Shown: positions 17,208 through 26,546 of the stretch, one piece after another | How positions within the stretch are numbered: position 1 is the stretch's first letter | How the letters are laid out: the number at the start of each line of letters is the position of its first letter | From: a virus | Taxonomy: Duplodnaviria > Caudoviricetes | Virus record (IMG/VR): IMGVR_UViG_3300033076_000292 | Location: 1 to 32,264 of that record | DNA: 32,264 nucleotides | Direction: 5' to 3' (one strand) | Notes under the pieces: model-generated | Told to the model about the DNA's origin: nothing | Databases searched by the model: none | Seen by the model: only the letters and a program-made list of their open reading frames with translations | Made by a program: the position numbers and the translations under genes

Positions 17208-17359
17208 AAAAGCCTTCTGGTAAGATGCAAAAAGTAATGCACGAGTTCAAAGTCGGAAAGCTTCATTCCGGCAGCAAAAAGGGCCCAGTGGTTAAGAGTC
17301 GCAAGCAGGCGATTGCTATCGCTATGTCGGAAACCCGTAAGGCGAAGAAGGGTAAGTAA
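17204..17359 (+). CDS. Small basic protein, 51 aa, DUF6496-like (below the ORF-track cut-off)
   Basis: MKKPSGKMQKVMHEFKVGKLHSGSKKGPVVKSRKQAIAIAMSETRKAKKGK. The KVMHEFK.GKLHSG...KSRKQAIAIA signature was recognised from recall. Confidence 0.8.
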   Translation: MKKPSGKMQKVMHEFKVGKLHSGSKKGPVVKSRKQAIAIAMSETRKAKKGK

Positions 17360-17360
17360 A

Positions 17361-17627
17361 ATGGCTTCCAAGATTCCGTTCCCGATGTCTGTCCCCGGTC
17401 GCGCTAAAAAGCCTGCAAAGGTCATGAAGCCTGAGGATGATGAAGTAACACCGGCTCAAGCTGCCAGCATGAGAGCAATCATGGATGCTGACAGTGCAAA
17501 GCGTGCTGAAGAATCTGCTGACGAAGACGCCAAACAGGCGTATAAAGTACGTGGATACAGCAAAGGTGGAGCCGTTCGCGGCACTGGTTGCGCTTCTAAG
17601 GGCTACGGCAGAGGGAAAATGTACTGA
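17361..17627 (+). CDS. Small hypothetical protein (88 aa)
   Basis: ATG 1 nt after the previous stop. C-terminal YSKGGAVRGTGCASKG. Confidence 0.75.
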   Translation: MASKIPFPMSVPGRAKKPAKVMKPEDDEVTPAQAASMRAIMDADSAKRAEESADEDAKQAYKVRGYSKGGAVRGTGCASKGYGRGKMY

Positions 17628-17674
17628 TGTCGGGAATCACAACAGGTCTGCTTGCGGACGAAAAGGAGCTAAAG

Positions 17675-17908
17675 ATGGCTAAAGGTAAGATGATCAAGGA
17701 AGCTGGAAGCGGCGAAATGTACGCTTCTAAGGCTGCTATGAAAAAGCATGAGGCAAAAGAGTCTCCTGCGATGGAAAAAGCCGAGCACAAGCGTGGCGGC
17801 GGTATTGCTGTGAAGGGCAAGGGTATTGCTCTTCGTGGCGGCGGCATTGCTACTCGCGGCATGGGCATTGCGCTTAAAGGCGGCGGACGGGCTAAAGGCT
17901 GCATGTAA
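17675..17908 (+). CDS. Small basic protein with tandem (R/K)GxGIA repeats
   Basis: RBS AAGGAG before ATG 17675; a coupled start at 17627 is an alternative. Five 7-aa repeats: RGGGIAV/KGKGIAL/RGGGIAT/RGMGIAL/KGGGRAK. Confidence 0.75.
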   Translation: MAKGKMIKEAGSGEMYASKAAMKKHEAKESPAMEKAEHKRGGGIAVKGKGIALRGGGIATRGMGIALKGGGRAKGCM

Positions 17909-18597
17909 TGACCACTTCAGGGACGAAGTCCTTTGAGCTTGACGTCGCTGAGTATATCGAAGAGGCGTATGAGCGTTGCGGCATTGAGGTAAGGACAGGT
18001 TACGACCAGCGGACAGCTCGTCGTAGCCTTAACCTTGTCTTGGCTGATTGGGCTAATCGTGGCTTGAACCAGTGGACCATTGAGAACGAAACACTTCCAA
18101 TGATCCCCGGTACCAACAGCTACACGATGTCTCCTACGACAATCGATTTTATCCAATCGGTTTGCCGGTTCCCAAATGGTCAGGGGACACAGTCGCAGTA
18201 TGACCTCACGATGGAACGTGTCAGCCGTGAATATTACAACAATATCCCGAACAAGCTGACCCGTGGTCGTCCGGTCCAATTCTTTGTTGATCGCCAGATT
18301 TCCCCAGTAGTTTATGTCTGGCCTACGCCTGACAATGACTATGATCTGATTCTTACGAAGCTTCTTCGTATGGATGATGCGTCGGCTGGCGTAAATACAA
18401 TGGAAATGCCGTTCCGCTTCTATCCGTGCCTCGCTGCTGGGTTGGCCTATTATCTGGCAATCAAGAAGGCTCCGGAGCGTGTTCAGCTTTTGAAGGCTGT
18501 GTATGACGAGGAGTTTGCTCGCGCCGCATCTGAAGACAGGGATAGGGCAGCTTTGAACCTGACTCCGGGAAGAAGCTCCTATCGTGTGCTGTCATGA
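17908..18597 (+). CDS. Probable head-tail adaptor protein
   Basis: IEEAYERCG, TARRSLN...WANRGLNQW, IPNK...GRP.QF and PCLAAGLAYY. Positioned before the tail genes. Confidence 0.7.
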   Translation: MTTSGTKSFELDVAEYIEEAYERCGIEVRTGYDQRTARRSLNLVLADWANRGLNQWTIENETLPMIPGTNSYTMSPTTIDFIQSVCRFPNGQGTQSQYDLTMERVSREYYNNIPNKLTRGRPVQFFVDRQISPVVYVWPTPDNDYDLILTKLLRMDDASAGVNTMEMPFRFYPCLAAGLAYYLAIKKAPERVQLLKAVYDEEFARAASEDRDRAALNLTPGRSSYRVLS

Positions 18598-18899
18598 CAC
18601 GGTTTGCTTATGGTTCCCGCGCTATCGCCTTGTGCGACAGGTGCGGGTTCCAGTATAAGTATTTGGAATTAAAGAAGGAATGGAATGGTCTCAAGACCTG
18701 CACGGAGTGCTGGGAAACCAAGCATCCGCAGTTGATGCCTATCTTCCCTCCGACTGAACCGCAGGCTCTCTATGAGCCAAGACCTTCTCGTAAGGAGCCT
18801 ATGGACGTGCCGGTCAGGGATGAAGAATTTCCGTTCTTGCAAAATTCCTTGCTTCAAGGAATTACTCAGGTCGGGATTGTTACTGTGGAGATCACCTGA
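18594..18899 (+). CDS. Small protein with two CxxC motifs (putative Zn ribbon)
   Basis: CDRCG and CTECWE..HPQL; coupled to both neighbours. Confidence 0.8.
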   Translation: MTRFAYGSRAIALCDRCGFQYKYLELKKEWNGLKTCTECWETKHPQLMPIFPPTEPQALYEPRPSRKEPMDVPVRDEEFPFLQNSLLQGITQVGIVTVEIT

Positions 18900-19537
18900 T
18901 GGCATGGACATACGCTACGCTGGTTCAAGCCATTAAGGATTGGACCCAATACAGCGAGACCGCATTCAACGACAATATCGATCAGTTCATCCTGAATACG
19001 GAAGAAAGGATCTTGTTTAATGTCGATCTTCAGTTTTTCCGCAAAAACCAGACGGCAAATTTGACAAGCGGCAACAAATATCTGGCCGTTCCGTCGGATT
19101 ACCTTAACGCATTCAGCCTGTCTGTCACCGCAAATGGATCGACAAGCTTTTTGCTTCAGAAGGACGTTGAATACCTTCAGGAATATAACCCAACAAATGC
19201 GACGGGTGTTCCGAAGTATTACGCTTTTTTCGACATCAATAACTTCATCCTCGCCCCCGTCCCAAACAGTGCCTACGGCGTAGAACTCCACTATTTCTAC
19301 CGTCCTGAGAGCCTGACGACGGCGACAAGCGGGACGTGGATCAGTAACTATGCTCAGGAAGCCCTGCTCTACGGTTGCCTTGTGGAGGCGTATATCTTCA
19401 TGAAGGGCGAGCAGGACCTGATCAATACCTATACCCAGCGTTTTAACGAGGCTCTGGCGCGTCTCAAGAATTACGGCGAAGGCCGTGAGGACGTGGACGC
19501 TTATCGTGACGGCCTCATCCGTGTTAAGGCTACATAA
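18899..19537 (+). CDS. Probable tail adaptor / tail tubular protein A-like
   Basis: TYATLVQAIKD, FI...EERI, GVPKYYA, LAPVP and LLYGCLVEAY.FMKG. Confidence 0.7.
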   Translation: MAWTYATLVQAIKDWTQYSETAFNDNIDQFILNTEERILFNVDLQFFRKNQTANLTSGNKYLAVPSDYLNAFSLSVTANGSTSFLLQKDVEYLQEYNPTNATGVPKYYAFFDINNFILAPVPNSAYGVELHYFYRPESLTTATSGTWISNYAQEALLYGCLVEAYIFMKGEQDLINTYTQRFNEALARLKNYGEGREDVDAYRDGLIRVKAT

Positions 19538-19791
19538 TGCTTACTCAGGCCCTCCAAGTACCCACAATCTCGGTTGATGTTGTGTCATCCTCCAACGGAG
19601 GACACCCGCCGGAGTTCTGGGCAAACCGAGCTGCACAGAAGATTGTACAGGTCTCAGATACTGCTCCGCCGGTCATTGCGGAACAGGCAAGGGCCTTTCA
19701 AAAACAGGTCGAGCAGGTTATACTCTATTATATGAAACAGGCTATTGAGTGCGATAGATCGACCGTCGCCAGCCGATTGTTACAGGGATAA
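19537..19791 (+). CDS. Hypothetical protein (84 aa)
   Basis: Coupled start; fills the operon gap. Confidence 0.75.
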   Translation: MLTQALQVPTISVDVVSSSNGGHPPEFWANRAAQKIVQVSDTAPPVIAEQARAFQKQVEQVILYYMKQAIECDRSTVASRLLQG

Positions 19792-19801
19792 GGAGAAAAC
19801 A

Positions 19802-20257
19802 ATGGCGTTTTCCGGTAACTATATGTGTACGTCTTTCAAGCAGCAGCTTTTGGAAGCCGTTCACGATTTTCGGCTGTCAGGCGGTAACACGTTCAAGATT
19901 GCCCTCTACACAAATAGCGCGACCCTCGATGCTTCAACGACGGCCTACACGACGTCTGGTGAAACAACCAACACGGCGGGTTCAGCCTATACCGCAGGCG
20001 GCAATACCCTGACACGTGTCAGCCCCACTTCATCCGGCACAACGGCGTTTACTGACTTTGCTGACACGTCATGGTCGTCGGCATCGTTCACCGCTCGTGG
20101 TGCTCTTATCTATAACACAACGCCTACTACGGGTGCTTATACCAATCCGTCAGTTGTCGTGTTGGACTTCGGTTCTGACAAGACGGCTTCGGCAGGTACA
20201 TTCACCATCGTGTTCCCGGCGGCAGACGCAAGCAACGCCATCATTCGTATCGCGTGA
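19802..20257 (+). CDS. Probable virion/tail structural protein
   Basis: RBS AAGGAG before ATG 19802. CTSFK..LL...HDF, FKIALYT, TARGALIYN, VLDFGSDKT and AIIRIA. Confidence 0.8.
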   Translation: MAFSGNYMCTSFKQQLLEAVHDFRLSGGNTFKIALYTNSATLDASTTAYTTSGETTNTAGSAYTAGGNTLTRVSPTSSGTTAFTDFADTSWSSASFTARGALIYNTTPTTGAYTNPSVVVLDFGSDKTASAGTFTIVFPAADASNAIIRIA

Positions 20258-20263
20258 TGATAC

Positions 20264-21805
20264 ATGACCGTTTCACTCAAGCACAAGTTCGTCAGTTCAG
20301 TACCGGACGACGCGGACACTAGTCTTGTCAGGCCATCTAATTGGAATGACGATCACGACCTGCTGCTTGCTACAAACAGGCTCCTTGGCCGTACTACGGC
20401 AGGGACAGGTGCTGCGGAAGAGATCTCTGTCAGTGGTGAACTGACGCTCTCGGCTGGTGCGTTGAGCACCAGCGCGAACGTCGTCACGACATCAGGAACC
20501 CAAACGCTCACCAACAAGACATTGACGTCTCCTGTAATCACAGGGGGGACGACTGTCACTGTTCCTACTGGCCTGTATGATCTTGCAAACAAGGAATACG
20601 TAGACTCGGTTGCACAGGGCCTTAATTTCCATCCAGCGTGTAACTATGCAACGACAACCGCGCTTCCAACCTACACATATAATAATGGTGTCAGTGGTGT
20701 TGGAGCAACTTTGACAGCAGTCGCTGTTGGAGCATTATCGATAGATGGCTCCACCCCATCCGTAGGCCAACGCATTCTTGTCAAAAACGAGACTCTGACA
20801 AACGCCCCCTATAACGGGGTGTACACTGTCACGACTGTTGGCAATGGTTCTACTGCATGGGTCATGACCCGTGCCACGGATTACGACACGAGCGGCGCTG
20901 GTACAAATGAGGTTGATCAGGGCGACTTTATTCTTGTCCTTTCTGGGACTTCAAATGCCAATACCTCGTGGGTGCAACAGACACCTCTTCCAATTACCAT
21001 TGGAACAACGGACATCGTATTCATTCAGTTCGGTGCAGCAACATTTTATACTGCTGGTACCGGTCTCACTCTTGTTGGAAATCAGTTCAGTCTTACAAAT
21101 CCTGTCGCCACTAATCTTGGTGGTACAGGGCTTACAGGCTTTACTGCTGCCAACAACGCAATCTATTCGACATCAGCTTCTGGGTTGACCGCAGGAACAC
21201 TTCCGATTGCTGCTGGCGGTACGGGTCAAACATCCGCGTCTGCTGCGTTTAATGCCTTGTCGCCCGTGACAAGTACCGGCGATTTGATTATCGGGAATGG
21301 TGCGAATAGCTCAACTCGTTTGGGTATCGGCACAAACGGATACGTTCTCACGTCTGATGGGACTACCGCTACGTGGTCAGCGCCTCCAGCAGCAGGTGTG
21401 ACATCTTTCCAAACATCGCTCAATGGTCTAACCCCTTCAACGTCTACGACAGGGGCGGTGACGCTGGCTGGTACTCTTGGCGCATCATCCGGGGGCACGG
21501 GCCAAACAACATATACAACAGGTGATGTTCTTTACGCCTCCGGCGCAAGCGCACTTTCAAAACTTGGAATTGGGTCCAGTGGTCAAGTTCTCACTGTCGC
21601 CGGTGGGGTACCGTCTTGGGCTACACCTTCTGCGGGTGGAGCAACAGGCGGCGGGACAGATAAGGTTTTCTGGAATAACGACCAGACTATAACGACAAGT
21701 TACAGTATTCCGGCTAATACAAATGCTGGTACGTTTGGTCCAATCACGGTTGGGTCTTCTGCCACTGTGACGATTCCTTCTTCATCGACTTGGACGGTGA
21801 TTTAA
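20264..21805 (+). CDS. Tail fibre protein
   Basis: 513 aa, Thr/Gly-rich. QTLTNKTLTSP, ANKEYVD, GQRILVKN...NGVY, repeated GGTG and GxVLT motifs, C-terminal GPITV...TVTIP...WTVI. Confidence 0.8.
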   Translation: MTVSLKHKFVSSVPDDADTSLVRPSNWNDDHDLLLATNRLLGRTTAGTGAAEEISVSGELTLSAGALSTSANVVTTSGTQTLTNKTLTSPVITGGTTVTVPTGLYDLANKEYVDSVAQGLNFHPACNYATTTALPTYTYNNGVSGVGATLTAVAVGALSIDGSTPSVGQRILVKNETLTNAPYNGVYTVTTVGNGSTAWVMTRATDYDTSGAGTNEVDQGDFILVLSGTSNANTSWVQQTPLPITIGTTDIVFIQFGAATFYTAGTGLTLVGNQFSLTNPVATNLGGTGLTGFTAANNAIYSTSASGLTAGTLPIAAGGTGQTSASAAFNALSPVTSTGDLIIGNGANSSTRLGIGTNGYVLTSDGTTATWSAPPAAGVTSFQTSLNGLTPSTSTTGAVTLAGTLGASSGGTGQTTYTTGDVLYASGASALSKLGIGSSGQVLTVAGGVPSWATPSAGGATGGGTDKVFWNNDQTITTSYSIPANTNAGTFGPITVGSSATVTIPSSSTWTVI

Positions 21806-21806
21806 T

Positions 21807-22661
21807 ATGGGTAGCGTAACAATTAATGGCTCAACATCTGGATCAATAACTGTTGCTGCACCGGCTGTCGCGGGCAGCAACACGCTGACGCTTCCCGCCG
21901 CTACAGGAACCGTTATTACAACTGCATCATCTGCTGCTCTTCCCGTTTCAGCAATCAATGCGACGGGAACACCTTCAGCAAGCACATATTTGCGTGGTGA
22001 TGGTGCATGGGCTGGTGTTTCAGGGCAGCTTATCCGTGCGCCGCAGATTCTTACATCCGGTACATCATACACCACGCCTGCTGGCTGTAATAATATCTTT
22101 ATTGAAATGATCGGTGGCGGCGGCGGCGGTTCTGGCAACAATCGCACAGATACGAGCGCGGCTACTGGCGGTGGTGGGGGTGGAGCGTCCCCGTATGGTT
22201 CTGTTTATGTTGCAGTGACTCCTAGCACATCATACACATATGCGATTGGAGCAGGTGGCGCTGGCTTAAGTGGCACCGGAACGGCAACAACTGGCGGAAC
22301 AACATCAATCACGATTGGTGCAACAACATACTCCTGTTCAGGAGGGGTTGGAGGCAATACAACTGGTAATAATAATAACGGAACTGGTGGCGCTGCTGGA
22401 ACTGCAACAAATATGAGTGTTACAATTACTCCTATTGCTTCAACATGCCCTGCTGGTGGGAGTATTTCTTGTCCACTTGGGTTTGGTATTGGTGGGATGA
22501 GATTTTTCTTAACCCTTGGGTTAAATGGCGGAACGACAACGGGGCAGGCTGGAATAGGTTGGGGAGCTGGCGGTGGCGGCAGTTGGAACCAAACTGCCAC
22601 AGGTACGACCACTGGCGGTGCAGGAAGCCAAGGAATTATACGCATCTGGGAGTACACCTAA
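21807..22661 (+). CDS. Gly-rich tail fibre / receptor-binding protein (paralogue 1)
   Basis: ITVAAPAVAGSNTLTLP attachment-type segment, TYLRGDG, SYTTP...IGGGGGG domain, ending G.QGIIRIWEY. Confidence 0.75.
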   Translation: MGSVTINGSTSGSITVAAPAVAGSNTLTLPAATGTVITTASSAALPVSAINATGTPSASTYLRGDGAWAGVSGQLIRAPQILTSGTSYTTPAGCNNIFIEMIGGGGGGSGNNRTDTSAATGGGGGGASPYGSVYVAVTPSTSYTYAIGAGGAGLSGTGTATTGGTTSITIGATTYSCSGGVGGNTTGNNNNGTGGAAGTATNMSVTITPIASTCPAGGSISCPLGFGIGGMRFFLTLGLNGGTTTGQAGIGWGAGGGGSWNQTATGTTTGGAGSQGIIRIWEYT

Positions 22662-22846
22662 TGCGCTGTGCAGTTGTTAATTCATCAAACATTGTTATGA
22701 ACATTATTGTGGCTGATCCAATGGTTGATCCTGCTCCTGAAGGCTACAAACTTGTTGGCTTGCCTGAGGGTTCACCCGTATCTTTTGGATGGTTGTATGA
22801 TCATTCTACGGGTCAATTCACGTCTCCTGCTGAAGGAGCCGCATAA
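22661..22846 (+). CDS. Small tail-fibre-associated (chaperone-like) protein, 61 aa
   Basis: ATG coupled to the previous stop. AVV..SNIV.NII...GWLYD..TGQF..P. Paralogous to 27477-27677. Confidence 0.75.
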   Translation: MRCAVVNSSNIVMNIIVADPMVDPAPEGYKLVGLPEGSPVSFGWLYDHSTGQFTSPAEGAA

Positions 22847-23325
22847 TGACGGCAATCCTTAAAACCACAATTATCCAAGATCCGTCGTCATCGAGCAGTA
22901 ATATTTTGCTGGATGCTAGCGGCAACGTAAATCTTGCTCAGACGCAGGGTAATGTGAATATCAATACCACCGGCGTGTCAGCAAAACTGTATGTGCAAGG
23001 TAATAGTGCATCTAATATATACGCCCTGACAGATGCGTCATCGATCTCTGTTGACATGTCACAGGGCAATAATTTTAGTGTCACCCTTGGTGGTAATCGC
23101 ACTTTAGCAAATCCAACAAACATGACCGTTGGACAGTCCGGCGTGTTCTACATCACACAGGATGGAACCGGATCCCGTACATTGGCCTACGGTAGCTATT
23201 ACAAGTTTCCGAATGGTGGTGGAGCACCTGTTTTGACCACAGCAGCCTCGGCAGTTGATGCCTTATTTTACACTGTTCGCTCATCAACAAGCATTACAAT
23301 TAATTACGTTTTGAACATTGGGTGA
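22846..23325 (+). CDS. Tail-associated protein
   Basis: NNFSVTLGGNRTLANPTN...GQSG...ITQDGTGSRTL...F..G.AP.LTT.A.AVD beta-domain. Confidence 0.75.
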   Translation: MTAILKTTIIQDPSSSSSNILLDASGNVNLAQTQGNVNINTTGVSAKLYVQGNSASNIYALTDASSISVDMSQGNNFSVTLGGNRTLANPTNMTVGQSGVFYITQDGTGSRTLAYGSYYKFPNGGGAPVLTTAASAVDALFYTVRSSTSITINYVLNIG

Positions 23326-23328
23326 TAC

Positions 23329-26088
23329 ATGGGCCTGCCAAGTAACACCAACGCTCTTCAGAACGGTTTCTGGCAAGGCTACACTGTGGATCGTAGCTTG
23401 CGTTTTCGTGCGTCTGCCACAGCCTATCTAAATAGAACTCCGAGCGTAGCTAGCAACCGTCGCACTTGGACTTGGAGTGGATGGATTAAACGCGGAAGTC
23501 TTAGTTCACCTCAATGGATTTTTGATGCTATTCAAGACGCAAATAACTTCACTGCCTTTTTCTTCAATGCCGACAACACTTTTGGCATCCAGTATGTTTT
23601 GGCAGCAACATCAAAAGTATTGAAATATACCACTCAGGTTTTTCGAGATCCGTCAGCTTGGTATCATTTGATAGTTGCTGTTGACACAACTCCCGCAACT
23701 CCAACATTTAATGTCTATGTAAATGGCGTTCAAGTAACATCCTTTGGAACTAATACAAACACTGTTTCACAGAATGAGCAGTTGTTTGTGAATAACACCC
23801 TTGTCCATAATATTGGCCGATACGGTGGTGCGGCTAACTATTTTGATGGCTATCTTGCCGAGGTTAATTTTATAGACGGACAGTCTCTTACTCCGTCGTC
23901 TTTTGGTGCCTATGATAACACTGGTGTCTGGGAACCTATAAAATATACAGGTTCTTATGGAACAAATGGTTTCTATTTACCTTTTAGAAACACGACATCA
24001 ACAACGACGCTTGTTGCTGACGCCTCGGGTAACGGAAATAACTGGACGGCTAACAACATTTCTTTGACCACCGGAATGGGGAAATATTTAGGAAATATTT
24101 CTGGTTCTTTAGACTTGTCAGCCGGGGGCTCTCCAAGTTCTATGTTCAAAGGCTCTATTGCAGCGCCCGCCGTCTACCCGGCTGCGGGAGTAACAGCAAC
24201 CTTAACTCCGTATTCACCAATTTCATTTTCATCTAGCGCAAGGGTTTATGTTGGTATTGACTTAAACGGACCTTCGACAGGTCTTGTAGTTAACTCAACA
24301 AATTTTGGCGCTGGTGGCGTTGCTAACAACAGCAATGGGTGGGTTACAGTTACTTCCGCAGGTTCCCCAATAACAACAATGTCTTGGACGAGAGCGAGTG
24401 CTGGCAGCCAAGGGATGCGTATCTTTGCTGTTGAAATTGACGGTGTAATCTTAATTGACAACGTAATATACGGTGCATCCTATGACTCAATGAATGATTC
24501 TCCCACTTCTGCTGGGAGCCCGTCAAATTATGCTGTATTTAATCCAAACGATAAAAGTAGCAGCATCACAACATCAAGCGGAAACCTTGCTGCGACCCTT
24601 GGGGTTGCTGGATGGGTTTCAATTAAAGGATCGTTCGGGGTATCTTCCGGCCAGTGGTATTGGGAAGTGCTATACTCTTCAGGCGCTAATATGTTTGCTG
24701 GTATAGGAACCTCTGCAACAACCCTTTCATCATACCCGGGATCAACTGCTGACAGCTACGGCGTACAAGCAAGCAACGGTAATAAGTATAATAACGCAGC
24801 AGCCACTGCGTATACTTCTGCGATTGCAGCAACAGACGTTGTTGGCATGGCTTTTGACGCTACTGCTGGAACTCTTACATACTATAAAAACGGTGCAAGC
24901 CTTGGCACGGCATTTACTGGCATTCCATCAAACACATATTTCCCTATGTTTGGATGCGACAACAACACCATTCAGATTAACTTTGGACAGCAGCCTTTTT
25001 ATTACACGCCGCCAACAGGATTCAAGGCGCTAAATACTTATAATCTACCAGCCTCTAGTATCTTTAATGGCGCACAGCATTTTGGTGTAAATCTTTATAC
25101 TGGCAATGGAACGAGCCAAAGTATTGTAAACAGTGGATCTTTTCAGCCTGACTTTGTTTGGATTAAAAGAAGAAATACTGCTGCGGATCATGTATTGTAT
25201 GATTCTGTAAGAACATTAGGTTCCTCAATATCATCAAATTTAACTTCTGCTGAGCCAAGTGTAACCAACGGTTTGCTCACATCATTTAATAATAATGGGT
25301 TTAGCGTAGCTGTAGTTAGCGCGAATAATTCAACTAATGGCAATTCTGATACTTATGTCGGTTGGCAATGGAAAGGCGGCGGAACTGCTGTAACTAACAA
25401 TAGCGGCACTATCTCATCTCAGGTAAGCGCGAACACTAGTGCGGGATTTAGTGTCGTTACTTATACAGGAACGGGTTCGGCGGCCACAATCGGTCACGGT
25501 CTTGGCGTTGCGCCACAAATGATTATTATTAAGAAAACAAGTGCAACAGACAACTGGGCTGTGTATCACGTTTCTAACCCCTCCCCTGCGGCATCTTATG
25601 CGTTAACATTAAATATCACGGCAAATGCCGGGTTGAATACTACATATTTTAACGCAGTAGCACCGACATCATCGGTATTTTCAGTAGGCACTGCTGCCCA
25701 GACAAATACAAACGGTGCGACCTATGTTGCATATTGTTTTGCTGCCGTGAATGGCTATAGCGCATTTGGATCTTATGCTGGCAACGGCTCCGCGACGGAC
25801 GGCCCATTTGTGTACACCGGATTTCGTCCAAGATTCATTCTTGTGAAGAGGTCTGTAGGGGGTATTGCGAGTTGGGCAACTTTTGACACTTCCCGTAGTC
25901 CGTTCAATTTATCTCAGGCCCCACTTTATCCAAACCTAACAAACACTGAGGCGACCGTATCATTTGGTGACATTCTGTCGAATGGATTTAAGTTACGGGC
26001 AACTGCCGGGGAAATGAACGGATCCGCTTCAACATACGTCTACGCAGCATTCGCTGAAAACCCATTCTCTATCGCAAGAGCGAGGTAA
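23329..26088 (+). CDS. Multi-lectin tail protein (ConA/LamG-like + SPRY/B30.2-like + C-terminal beta domains)
   Basis: SLRF..WTWSGWIKRG..FRDPSAWYH..YFDGYLAEVNFIDG (LamG-like); SSGQWYWEV..DVVGMAFD..LTYYKNG..NFGQ (SPRY); FQPDFVWIKRR and IGHGLGVAP. Confidence 0.85.
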   Translation: MGLPSNTNALQNGFWQGYTVDRSLRFRASATAYLNRTPSVASNRRTWTWSGWIKRGSLSSPQWIFDAIQDANNFTAFFFNADNTFGIQYVLAATSKVLKYTTQVFRDPSAWYHLIVAVDTTPATPTFNVYVNGVQVTSFGTNTNTVSQNEQLFVNNTLVHNIGRYGGAANYFDGYLAEVNFIDGQSLTPSSFGAYDNTGVWEPIKYTGSYGTNGFYLPFRNTTSTTTLVADASGNGNNWTANNISLTTGMGKYLGNISGSLDLSAGGSPSSMFKGSIAAPAVYPAAGVTATLTPYSPISFSSSARVYVGIDLNGPSTGLVVNSTNFGAGGVANNSNGWVTVTSAGSPITTMSWTRASAGSQGMRIFAVEIDGVILIDNVIYGASYDSMNDSPTSAGSPSNYAVFNPNDKSSSITTSSGNLAATLGVAGWVSIKGSFGVSSGQWYWEVLYSSGANMFAGIGTSATTLSSYPGSTADSYGVQASNGNKYNNAAATAYTSAIAATDVVGMAFDATAGTLTYYKNGASLGTAFTGIPSNTYFPMFGCDNNTIQINFGQQPFYYTPPTGFKALNTYNLPASSIFNGAQHFGVNLYTGNGTSQSIVNSGSFQPDFVWIKRRNTAADHVLYDSVRTLGSSISSNLTSAEPSVTNGLLTSFNNNGFSVAVVSANNSTNGNSDTYVGWQWKGGGTAVTNNSGTISSQVSANTSAGFSVVTYTGTGSAATIGHGLGVAPQMIIIKKTSATDNWAVYHVSNPSPAASYALTLNITANAGLNTTYFNAVAPTSSVFSVGTAAQTNTNGATYVAYCFAAVNGYSAFGSYAGNGSATDGPFVYTGFRPRFILVKRSVGGIASWATFDTSRSPFNLSQAPLYPNLTNTEATVSFGDILSNGFKLRATAGEMNGSASTYVYAAFAENPFSIARAR

Positions 26089-26090
26089 AA

Positions 26091-26546
26091 ATGTTTATTC
26101 TAGGAAACCAAGTTCTTCGGATTGATCAGGCTTTTACGGGGCTTGATGGAACACAATATCCAATGAACTGGCTTCGCCTCACGACGCTTGAGGAAAAAGA
26201 AGCCATTGGCATCAAGGAAATAACTGATCCAGTTCGACCGGATGATCGCTTTTATTATGTCGATGGTAACAATATTGGAACACCTCGGGACCTCGCATCA
26301 CTGAAGGCTGACTGGAAGGTCAAGATTAACGAGACCGCTTATGCGATGCTTGCTCCGACGGATTGGTATGTTGTCCGAAAGGCTGAGGGTGGTGCGGACA
26401 TTCCAGCTAGTGTTTCAGCCTTCCGTTCAGCAGTGAGAGCTGCGGCGGATTCCAATCAAGCGGCTTTGAACAACGCTGCGGATTTTGATACATTCGTGCA
26501 GGCCACGGCGGCCTTGGTTTGGCCGGTTTTTGAGGGGGGCAACTAA
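26091..26546 (+). CDS. Probable tail fibre assembly chaperone
   Basis: QYP.NWL......EKEAIGI, D.RFY and L..TDWYVVR..E....IP......R.AVR pattern. Confidence 0.75.
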   Translation: MFILGNQVLRIDQAFTGLDGTQYPMNWLRLTTLEEKEAIGIKEITDPVRPDDRFYYVDGNNIGTPRDLASLKADWKVKINETAYAMLAPTDWYVVRKAEGGADIPASVSAFRSAVRAAADSNQAALNNAADFDTFVQATAALVWPVFEGGN

